Shown here: positions 57,601 to 64,000 of the stretch, in pieces
Position numbering within the stretch: the stretch's first letter is position 1
How the letters are laid out: each line of letters begins with the position of its first letter
Origin: a virus
DNA: 64,000 nucleotides
Virus record (IMG/VR): IMGVR_UViG_3300045996_002184
Direction: 5' to 3' (one strand)
Position numbers and translations under genes: made by a program
Notes under the pieces: generated by a model
What the model was told of the DNA's origin: nothing
Databases searched by the model: none
The model's input: only the letters and a program-made list of their open reading frames with translations

Positions 57601-58819
57601 TGCAATATTTCAAATATCAAGCACAAGGACTTTAACTGTGCTTGGCCAGAATGCGGTACATGCTCACATCACTGCTACCATCACCGATAATAACGCAAGT
57701 AACAACTCACAGCACACGTACTTTGGGGTTGCTCCTGCCATAACTCATACAGTAGGTTTAGCGGGAACGACAAATATGATTGCATACATCAATCCAACTT
57801 TTACAGCTTCAGGTAGTACGATTGATATAGGCACAGGAACAAAGATGCTTGAGATAGCTCCAACTTTCTCAGGACAAAGACATCTCAATGCAAAAGGTCT
57901 TTATATCAATCCTACGTTCACTGGCATAACTGGAACTAATGCTTTCTATGCAATAGAGACCGTGAGAGGTAATGTGGTGTTTGGCTCAACCTCTGGTAAT
58001 GTGTTGATTGGTACAACAACCGATGCTGGTCAAAGATTGCAGGTGAATGGCACAAGTTTATTAGGGGGAAACACTACAATAACAGGAACTCTTGGAATTG
58101 GTGCTGTGTCTGGCGGCAGTAAAATACACATAACTACCTCAACACTTGTTGACGCTGACTTAAGGTTCACTTCGGGAGGAGAAACCGCAAGAATACTGTA
58201 TTCGGATGCAGACCAAAACATGAGAATTATCAATCAGGGTACCTACTCTGCTACAGACGCAACTACTACTGGGATTAATTTTTACCTGAACAACGAAACC
58301 ACAACTCCAAAAGTTAGAATACAAAGGCTGGGCGATACGAGGCTTATGGGAACATTTACTAATAGTACTGGTGTTGCCATCTTCAACCAACTTGCTCTAA
58401 CTCCAACAATTAATAACACTGGTACATACTCTGGAACAGTTAGGGGTTTGTACTACAACCCAACCCTGACATCTGTAACAGGAACCACGCACTACTTCAT
58501 TGAAAGCACAAGCGGTAGGGTACAGTTTGTTGACGACAGTAACGCCTTGTACTTCAACTCAGGTAACCAGTTCATCGTAAACATGGTAACTGGTCATATC
58601 CTTCAGGTAGGTGGCAATAATAAGTTACAGATCAGCGTAACATCGGTATCAGTTCAAGATAGCTACCTAGCTCTGGCTGCCGCAACAACAGTAAGACCAA
58701 GCTTAAACATACCATCCGGCACCGCTCCAACCACACCGACAAACGGTGACATCTGGAACGATGGTTCGGATCTTAAAATCCGTCTAGGCGGCGTCACTTA
58801 CACACTTCAAAAAGTATAA
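54680..58819 (+). CDS. Long tail fibre / receptor-binding protein
   Basis: 1379 aa, G/T/N/S-rich; repeated IGTTTDAG.KL.VNG modules and GLYYNPTL repeats. Confidence 0.8.
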   Translation: MTGGTQINNGFENKMPKPMDLRKGKFVSGAWVGYDDVDEANSTILVYYRYVGLTVHISDGSGGIIEYWYKEGTADGDLVVKETSLTGYVQGAGTAGYLARWTDTDSIGNSPIYSDGTDVVVGGSTITGIYKMDVIGGFRATSIAISGLTSGRVPRASTGGLIIDGTIRDDGTNVGIGVAPVTGNNLSVGGTSTVQQRWLSSAANATPIYIGTNSGNNLYIALNRDVVGTVHNTAYTIPAILLNNGTNTSSISFYLSNTPNTVTETGRAFGTGNWFFGASPTDAGYKVDINGTLRVQNNSFHSTKMWVGSDFTDNGYTLQIRSASAGMAGLYLRGGGTGGYPIIYASDYSGSTSSTFLVDNVGNIVSGATSTLANLQLARSITASSAIARGVYVNNTLVSAANNDVLVALDINPTFSITHSTVLQVGLRVNKGNVLVNGTTAFAWATSNTANVNIGSASNEFTGQYILNSNAGSSVFTGLYMGSSLSQGNYSSIGHLHSSGQGVGLANQGYWFGTGVNGLKIAAANATGVIEFATGAFTVNAKMFSTGNWFIGTSPTDAGYKLDVAGTFRNTGNTYLATTVGGIVGIGTTSPVLPLDLVHDGVTVNGIGKSHIRALDSSATAQDVGGAILFGGKGDSVPNYYNFAAIKGGKENGTSGNYAGYFAVYTRPHGGDLTQQLKISSTGVATFTGSISATSLTATGLTAGRIPYVGTGGLLQDHASFSIDNTSWNLLKVKGAATNAAGVVIYSPDETKYGYIIHRYGAGSLGLSDYLEINANTAIGFLTSQEVIIGTNPTTGRRFRLTSTGNLEILDQISGARFQNTTGNNFFNSTSGNTLIGTTTDAGQKLQVNGTTLLGGNVTFGGTQNSFSTANSYLFFPNSGGIRISPTNAINTASTTVSALTVMDSGFGAIAWTTGTNVFNAITINTQINTTGGTTTARGFYYNPTLTGVVGLTNIALESTNGLYRIVHSTLNNDAIFQISSTRTLTVLGQNAVHAHITATITDNNASNNSQHTYFGVAPAITHTVGLAGTTNMIAYINPTFTASGSTIDIGTGTKMLEIAPTFSGQRHLNAKGLYINPTFTGITGTNAFYAIETVRGNVVFGSTSGNVLIGTTTDAGQRLQVNGTSLLGGNTTITGTLGIGAVSGGSKIHITTSTLVDADLRFTSGGETARILYSDADQNMRIINQGTYSATDATTTGINFYLNNETTTPKVRIQRLGDTRLMGTFTNSTGVAIFNQLALTPTINNTGTYSGTVRGLYYNPTLTSVTGTTHYFIESTSGRVQFVDDSNALYFNSGNQFIVNMVTGHILQVGGNNKLQISVTSVSVQDSYLALAAATTVRPSLNIPSGTAPTTPTNGDIWNDGSDLKIRLGGVTYTLQKV

Positions 58820-58829
58820 ACCAATAGTT

Positions 58830-59150
58830 ATGTATAATCCAGAAAACAAAGAGCAATTCAAAGTACAGCCTAAGCCTGTATTCAATTTCGATGGAGAACA
58901 GATCGGTACCATTGAGCAGGTGGTCCTGCGCAGTTTAGGTTATAGACCTTTTGATACCGCTGTAAACTTTTACATCGAACTGCAGGACGCAACCGGTAAG
59001 AACTTACGCGAACCCTTCAATCACAGTATCGACGTACCAACTGATTGGGGCAAAGATGACATGGTACTCATCCAGGCACTCGCTGCAGACCTGAAGCTGA
59101 CGCTTCTCCCCTGGCCTGCACCTGTTGTGGAAGAAGGAGAGGAAGCATGA
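58830..59150 (+). CDS. Small tail-fibre-associated protein (putative chaperone)
   Basis: Immediately downstream of the fibre gene; ends WGKDDMVLIQALAADLKLTL. Confidence 0.5.
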   Translation: MYNPENKEQFKVQPKPVFNFDGEQIGTIEQVVLRSLGYRPFDTAVNFYIELQDATGKNLREPFNHSIDVPTDWGKDDMVLIQALAADLKLTLLPWPAPVVEEGEEA

Positions 59151-59500
59151 TCTCGATTGTGCTCTTTGTACTGGCCGGCATGTTCTCGGCCATCAAAGAC
59201 TCAGTAGAAAACGAACATATCTGGGATACCTGGTTCGCACACCCGAGATGGAGGTTCAAACCAGTATTCTCTAAATTCATTTACAAACGCCTCAGCTGGA
59301 ACCAGGCTAAAGTGATCTTTAGCTACAAAGTGGATCTCTGGCATATCTCGAAGACCTGCGAATGGGGATGCTTTGTAATGGCAATGGTATGCTACCGGGA
59401 AGTGATAAACCCGTTTGTGGATATTGTAGTATATTCATCTGCGGTAACGCTGTCGTTCAACACGTTCTATAACCATATTTTCAAACTCAAAAAACCTTAA
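59147..59500 (+). CDS. Predicted membrane protein
   Basis: Hydrophobic segments; DLWHISK motif. Confidence 0.6.
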   Translation: MISIVLFVLAGMFSAIKDSVENEHIWDTWFAHPRWRFKPVFSKFIYKRLSWNQAKVIFSYKVDLWHISKTCEWGCFVMAMVCYREVINPFVDIVVYSSAVTLSFNTFYNHIFKLKKP

Positions 59501-59503
59501 ACC

Positions 59504-59602
59504 ATGGACAACGGAATCAAAGTAGTGATCAAACTGATCTTACTGTTCGTAGTGCTCGGAGCCGGTATCCTGCTTATCGGGCAATTTGGTGGATGCGATT
59601 AA
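59504..59602 (+). CDS. 32-aa single-pass membrane peptide (not in the ORF track)
   Basis: MDNGIKVVIKLILLFVVLGAGILLIGQFGGCD after an ACCTTAAACC leader. Confidence 0.5.
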   Translation: MDNGIKVVIKLILLFVVLGAGILLIGQFGGCD

Positions 59603-59636
59603 TTCGTATCTTGCTTCATCTTAAACCCTTACAGTC

Positions 59637-60005
59637 ATGTCATATCACATCAATTTAGACCGTCCGTTGATGATGCCCAACGGCGACTTCGCAGAGAAGG
59701 CAGAAACAATAGGCGAAACCCTGGCGGGCATGCTCGCCTCAGCAGGAGAAGTTCAGGACGTTTCACTGATCACCAAGTATTGGAGCTGGGCTAAATCCTT
59801 GGCCCAAAAAGAGCCACTCAGCCTGGATAAGGCTGATAAGAAAAGCCTGGAATCGTTCGTTCAGACAGACAAGAGAATGAACGTAATTCTTAAGGCCCAG
59901 ATACTGGAGATCATTGAGAAGGCCCCTTCAGTAAAGAAGGTAATAAAAGAGGCTGAACCGGAGACTGAACCGGTGGCGGAAAAAGAGCCTGAACCAAGCA
60001 ATTAA
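59637..60005 (+). CDS. Hypothetical protein
   Basis: 122-aa ORF with a leader motif and acidic/Pro tail. Confidence 0.65.
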   Translation: MSYHINLDRPLMMPNGDFAEKAETIGETLAGMLASAGEVQDVSLITKYWSWAKSLAQKEPLSLDKADKKSLESFVQTDKRMNVILKAQILEIIEKAPSVKKVIKEAEPETEPVAEKEPEPSN

Positions 60006-60023
60006 GAAGCCATTAAAGAAGTG

Positions 60024-60054
60024 ATAAAAGCTGCACAGAGAGTGCGGCTTTTAT
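60024..60054. terminator. Bidirectional-type terminator
   Basis: ATAAAAGCTGCAC/GTGCGGCTTTTAT stem. Confidence 0.65.
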
Positions 60055-60126
60055 GCTTTAGGGCATGACCTAGAAGTGTGGCAAAATCGATACAATACTA
60101 TAACTTAGACCCCGGACTTTGTACCT

Positions 60127-60678
60127 ATGGATAACCCAGGTTCTAAATTCATAAGTATGACATTCAAACCCACAACCCTAACCAAGATGCAATACTTACT
60201 GTTCAGCCCGAAGGGTATCTCCCTGCTATTCGCAGCAGGCTTTTTGGATACCGTAGTGCTTCCACAGCCAATAGCATTCGTTGCCTTCACGTTCTTTTTC
60301 TTCTTCGACCTGCTTTCAGGAATCATGCTTGCCCGTAAGAAGGGAGTTATCAAGTCATCTACTGCTCGCCAGAAGACCTTTGAAAAGCTCCTCCAGTATA
60401 CGGTTGTGATCTCAATCGGTATCGGGGCAAGTTCAGTCAGCAGTTTCCTTCCTAAGGGCCTGGGCCCATACGCGCCAGCGCTCAGGGTCATCGGGGACGT
60501 CCTGGTCTGGTATTGCGTAGCGATCGAAATGCTCTCCAACGTGGAGAATGTAATTGCCATATCACCTGATTCACCCGTATCCAAAGCCTTACTCATACCG
60601 ATAGCCAGGAAACTAAAGCTCAAAATCGATACCTTTAGTGATCAGTTGAATAAGATCGATGGCGCTAAACCTAGTTGA
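60127..60678 (+). CDS. Holin (phage holin family 4-like)
   Basis: Three hydrophobic segments; DLLSGI..A, K....Y, IEMLSNVEN motif. Confidence 0.75.
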   Translation: MDNPGSKFISMTFKPTTLTKMQYLLFSPKGISLLFAAGFLDTVVLPQPIAFVAFTFFFFFDLLSGIMLARKKGVIKSSTARQKTFEKLLQYTVVISIGIGASSVSSFLPKGLGPYAPALRVIGDVLVWYCVAIEMLSNVENVIAISPDSPVSKALLIPIARKLKLKIDTFSDQLNKIDGAKPS

Positions 60679-60943
60679 TATTGGCCGAGGCTGGATAGAA
60701 TACGCGAAGGGATCTGGTGATACCAGGGCACTGATGGAGTCACGCTTGAAAGTATGTGACCGTTGCCCAAACAAGGAACTGCAGGGCAGGCTTGGAAGAT
60801 GGCTCACCGGTATCGTAAATAAGAAAGGATCACTGTACAGGTGCGGGATTTGTAAATGCCCGCTTTCTCCGTTAACTGCAAACCCGGGATCGGCCTGCAA
60901 GGACAAAAGATGGTTCCCGGCGGGCGACCCCAGAAACCCTTAA
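60659..60943 (+). CDS. Small Cys-rich zinc-binding protein (DUF6171-like)
   Basis: RLKVCDRCP...CGICKCPL...C..KRW. Confidence 0.7.
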   Translation: MALNLVDIGRGWIEYAKGSGDTRALMESRLKVCDRCPNKELQGRLGRWLTGIVNKKGSLYRCGICKCPLSPLTANPGSACKDKRWFPAGDPRNP

Positions 60944-60948
60944 AACCC

Positions 60949-61683
60949 ATGATAAAGAAACTCTTCGACAATCCCAGCGGGATTATTCTCGCCCTGGTGA
61001 TTATTGGCATCGGTGTCCTGCTGTTCATTCAAGGATGCCCATCTTACATACGTGGAAAACAGATCGCTAAGATCAGTACGCTTCAAGAAATAAAGAAAGA
61101 CAGTACCCAGTACTGGAAAGACCAGTATGGCCGGGAACATGCTACCCGCAAGCAATCAGAAGCCTCTCTGGCAGAACTGGAGTTGGTGTACTTCGATGAA
61201 CTGGATCGTAAGACCGATGAGCTCAATATCAAGTCAAAGCAGATCCGTAGCCTGACCGGCGTGGTGACTTCCAGAACAGTGCTCCTGGACTCACTCCTGA
61301 AGACCAGGCGCGGGAGAGATACTACCTTTCTGCCCGGCAAGCCGGGAGATCCTGATACCCTGGTGATCCGTGATACGATACCGCTGGGTTCTTCAGTCAC
61401 TTTCGTGGATTCCCTTTCCATTACCGATTACATTAAAAAACACGGGTTCCTGAAGCTCAAGCGTACGCGCATGCTGGACGTGACCAATTATGCTCCTAAT
61501 GGGGCCAAGGTAACATCGGTATCAGGTTTTACGGTGAAGAACGCGGAGTCGCTTATTAGGATCAGGCCCACCGGGTCAGTACTTATCTTTCCGGACAGGA
61601 CCCTTCATTTCTCAGCCGGAGGTGGTCTGGAATTCCGTATCCTGAAGATACCGGTGTTCATCAGCCTTCAAAAAGTTTTTTAA
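60949..61683 (+). CDS. Spanin-like membrane-anchored protein (putative)
   Basis: N-terminal TM (IILALVIIGIGVLLFI), coiled coil, beta-rich C-terminus; next to the holin; start moved to MIKKLF. Confidence 0.5.
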   Translation: MIKKLFDNPSGIILALVIIGIGVLLFIQGCPSYIRGKQIAKISTLQEIKKDSTQYWKDQYGREHATRKQSEASLAELELVYFDELDRKTDELNIKSKQIRSLTGVVTSRTVLLDSLLKTRRGRDTTFLPGKPGDPDTLVIRDTIPLGSSVTFVDSLSITDYIKKHGFLKLKRTRMLDVTNYAPNGAKVTSVSGFTVKNAESLIRIRPTGSVLIFPDRTLHFSAGGGLEFRILKIPVFISLQKVF

Positions 61684-61699
61684 AGCAGAGAGCAAAAAA

Positions 61700-61727
61700 G
61701 AAGTCCCAGCACTTGGGCTAGGACTTC
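61700..61727. terminator. Terminator at the convergence of the late and replication blocks
   Basis: GAAGTCC/GGACTTC stem preceded by an A-run. Confidence 0.55.
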
Positions 61728-62272
61728 ATTACTGGTTCGAGCGTCTCCAGGTCGATTACAGATCGCTTGTCAGGAATTGAGAGCAGGTCCATGTCGTTTA
61801 AGTACACGTCCAGCGCTCTTTCCCACATATCTTTCAAAGCTTCGTTCTTGTCCAGGGCCATCAGTCGCGCATCGGTGATGGTTGCATCACCTTGCACTTC
61901 ACGATAGGGAAGACCGCTGTACCGGCGGATCATCTCTTTAGCCTTCTCGCTCATCTGCGAGAACTTGCCTTCCATGAATTTGTTCAGATCTCTTTCCCAA
62001 TGCGCCGGTATCTCAAAGACCAGGTAGAAATACTCCAGGTCCCTGCCGACGTAACGGAATTGAGGATGACGAAAAACTTCACTCATGACAAGTGCTGGCT
62101 CAAGCACTTTTACAACGATCGTGTTGACGACATTGCCGTCACGCACACCGATGTAACTGTTTACGAAATTTGAAGATAAGAAGCTAACTTTTCCTTGCAG
62201 CTTCAACAGCGGAAGAATGAAATGGGTGCACAAATTCTCCCTGTGTAATTCGTCTATGAGCGTTTGTGACAT
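61718..62272 (-). CDS. Conserved hypothetical protein of the replication block
   Basis: 184-aa ORF; FMEGKFSQMSEKAK motif. Confidence 0.7.
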   Translation of the reverse strand: MSQTLIDELHRENLCTHFILPLLKLQGKVSFLSSNFVNSYIGVRDGNVVNTIVVKVLEPALVMSEVFRHPQFRYVGRDLEYFYLVFEIPAHWERDLNKFMEGKFSQMSEKAKEMIRRYSGLPYREVQGDATITDARLMALDKNEALKDMWERALDVYLNDMDLLSIPDKRSVIDLETLEPVMKS

Positions 62273-62289
62273 AGAACAAATTTAAGCGT

Positions 62290-63099
62290 TTAGCTCCGAG
62301 TGATCTCATCGAACGGGCTTCTTTCGATACCAATATGGTTAAATTCTATTAAGTGATTATTAAGCAAAGACTGGATGATCGGTACGTAGCCTAGGTACAG
62401 TGAGTGTCTGGAACAAAGTAGCTGTACTGCGTCCTTGGTCTCCTTGAATATGATCTGACCGTAGTGGTCCCCGAAGTACTTGTTGTAAGCCAGCTTCACC
62501 GTGGTCTCGTACATGAGCGGCTCAACGGACTTCAGCAGCGCTTCAGCTTTCTTCTCACCGAGCCCCGGTACTCCCTTGATGTTATCAGTAGTATCCCCGA
62601 TCAGCATCTGGTACCAGAAATTGTAATGCGCCTGGTCGTCTGATACCGTTTCTACCTGGGATCCTTCCTTCTTGTAATCGTAGTGCAGTCCCGGTATCTG
62701 TCTCAGGTCTTTGTCCGGGGAACAGATCACATGATTCCATTTATTTTCAGAAAACCCTTCTGAAAGTAATGCAACTACGTCATCTGCTTCCAGTCCCTCA
62801 ACATGAAAGAAGGCCCACTGTTCTTTCAGGTACCCATCAATGATAGGCTTCCAGAACACCTGCCATTCAGGCCGTTCGTCACGTTTGCGATTTCCCTTGT
62901 AAGGAGCGTACTTATACGTATCATACCGGAAGTTCTTTTCCGGTGAAAGCAAACCGATGTACGAGGTAGCACCAACCAGGGTACAGATCGTATGAACGAA
63001 ACCGTGAGTGGCTTCCTTCATCAGTTCCACATCCTGGTGTTCCCGGTGATTCCATCCGAGTATGTATGAGATCGAGTCCCCGTCAATAATTGCGATCAT
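62290..63099 (-). CDS. 5'-3' exonuclease / flap endonuclease (PolI N-terminal-like)
   Basis: IIDGDS, GLEADDV, SPDKDLRQIPG and LIGDTTDNIKGVPGLGEKKA motifs. Confidence 0.92.
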   Translation of the reverse strand: MIAIIDGDSISYILGWNHREHQDVELMKEATHGFVHTICTLVGATSYIGLLSPEKNFRYDTYKYAPYKGNRKRDERPEWQVFWKPIIDGYLKEQWAFFHVEGLEADDVVALLSEGFSENKWNHVICSPDKDLRQIPGLHYDYKKEGSQVETVSDDQAHYNFWYQMLIGDTTDNIKGVPGLGEKKAEALLKSVEPLMYETTVKLAYNKYFGDHYGQIIFKETKDAVQLLCSRHSLYLGYVPIIQSLLNNHLIEFNHIGIERSPFDEITRS

Positions 63100-63506
63100 G
63101 GGAGTCCTCCTTCTTTGAGTTTCTTATTCTCTTCTACCAACTTCAGGAAGTCATCCATTTCCAGGATCGCGTAGTGACCCTTGGTGACAAACTTGCCGGT
63201 AGAGTTCTTGTTACCCTTGTTACACGTGAACTTGTGAAGGATCACGTTGATTACACCAGGTGTCTTCGGTATCCGGTTGAGTAGCTCATCGTACTTCGGT
63301 ATCCTGTTAGAATTCTTGCATTGTACATTGAAGGGAAGCCTGCCATTGGTCGCCTCGTCCTTATTGATAAGATCGATTCCTTCTCCATCCCTTGACCTGC
63401 TTTCTGACCTGCAAGTAACTACGTGTGGAAACCCGAGTGAAATGAAAATGTTCTTGATTGTGAGTTCAAAGCCGTGGCCCGCTCTTCTGTTTCGACTACC
63501 TGACAT
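63096..63506 (-). CDS. PD-(D/E)xK nuclease, Holliday-junction-resolvase-like
   Basis: NRRAGHGFE...GIDLI...FNVQCKN; start moved to MSGSRN because the upstream codons overlap a terminator. Confidence 0.7.
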   Translation of the reverse strand: MSGSRNRRAGHGFELTIKNIFISLGFPHVVTCRSESRSRDGEGIDLINKDEATNGRLPFNVQCKNSNRIPKYDELLNRIPKTPGVINVILHKFTCNKGNKNSTGKFVTKGHYAILEMDDFLKLVEENKKLKEGGLP

Positions 63507-63520
63507 AAGTTTAGAGTTTT

Positions 63521-63552
63521 TTGAAAAAGCTCCCCTAAGATAGGGGAGCTTT
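63521..63552 (-). terminator. Intrinsic terminator after the rIIB-like gene
   Basis: AAAGCTCCCCT/AGGGGAGCTTT stem with a T-tract on the minus strand. Confidence 0.75.
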
Positions 63553-63567
63553 CCTGATTGTCCTAAT

Positions 63568-63999
63568 TTAGTCAACGCTGACAGTCTGCAGCGCGAGTGT
63601 CTCGCCCAGCAGTTGCTCAGCTTCGGCTTGTTTCATCTTGGCCTTTTCAACCACTTCCTTCACCATCTCTGCGTACTGCGCATCAGTCCACGCTGCATAT
63701 TCAGAAGAATGATAGATGGTCTTGTTCACACCGGCAAAAGAGCTGTGTACGAAGTATCTCAGTACGCGCATAGCTCCATCATTGCCGTAACCCAAACCAA
63801 CGATCGCACCGATATCCATCGGGTCCACGAAGATGTTGTGTGTAACGGTACCGTCGTTCTGGTAACCCTGGATGTACCGGAGTCCCCCGACGTGCAGACC
63901 TGGCGCACCTACGCGGCCGTCATTGGTATCTACCTGACCCCAGTTGTCCAGAGAGATCCTGCAACCTACACGGATGATATGGCCCTTGTAATCGCCGCA
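63568..63999 (-). CDS. rIIB-like protein, C-terminal part (5' end outside the window)
   Basis: Frame open to the window edge: ...GLHVGGLRYIQGY...NIFVDPMDIGAI...AMRVLRYFV, similar to the rIIB GLH..VNP.DVV..R.C.Y motif. Confidence 0.65.
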   Translation of the reverse strand, partial: CGDYKGHIIRVGCRISLDNWGQVDTNDGRVGAPGLHVGGLRYIQGYQNDGTVTHNIFVDPMDIGAIVGLGYGNDGAMRVLRYFVHSSFAGVNKTIYHSSEYAAWTDAQYAEMVKEVVEKAKMKQAEAEQLLGETLALQTVSVD

Positions 64000-64000
64000 A

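Noticed and set aside
54680-58819. Diversity-generating retroelement TR/VR pair in the tail fibre repeats
   Set aside because: Differences are not adenine-specific, the copies are in-frame protein repeats, and no reverse transcriptase is in the window.
6598-61683. Stop-codon reassignment, as in some Crassvirales
   Set aside because: Genes of up to 3949 aa are intact in code 11, and TAA, TGA and TAG all terminate plausible genes.
498-63543. Numerous short antisense or nested ORFs in the track (e.g. 49936-50676, 26469-26810, 44215-44679)
   Set aside because: They are shadows of long, motif-bearing genes on the other strand or frame, lack leaders and have atypical composition.

Overview
A 64-kb slice of a large Bacteroidota-infecting podophage of the crAss-like (Crassvirales-related) type, read in the standard genetic code. 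(i) 1-6.4 kb: a leftward accessory block with a long structured non-coding region, five small genes that all end in the peptide (V/I)ND(E/T/N)Y(E/Q)PY, an XRE regulator, a RepL-like gene and several long-stem RNA elements. (ii) 6.6-61.7 kb: a rightward late/virion block with endolysin, a six-gene glycosyl-/methyltransferase cluster, HU-like gene, TerL, portal, major capsid, ring and muzzle proteins, cargo proteins, three giant virion RNA polymerase-region proteins (catalytic DFDVD), tail fibre, holin and a spanin-like gene. (iii) 61.7-64 kb: the convergent end of a replication block (5'-3' exonuclease, PD-(D/E)xK nuclease, rIIB-like). Best candidates for undescribed biology: the tandem 'variable domain + shared C-terminal tag' gene array with identical 14-nt stop/start overlaps (1828-3565), the >400-nt GNRA-rich RNA at the left edge, and GG-motif-delimited passenger domains in the cargo proteins. 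All family assignments come from motif recognition by eye; no searches were run.
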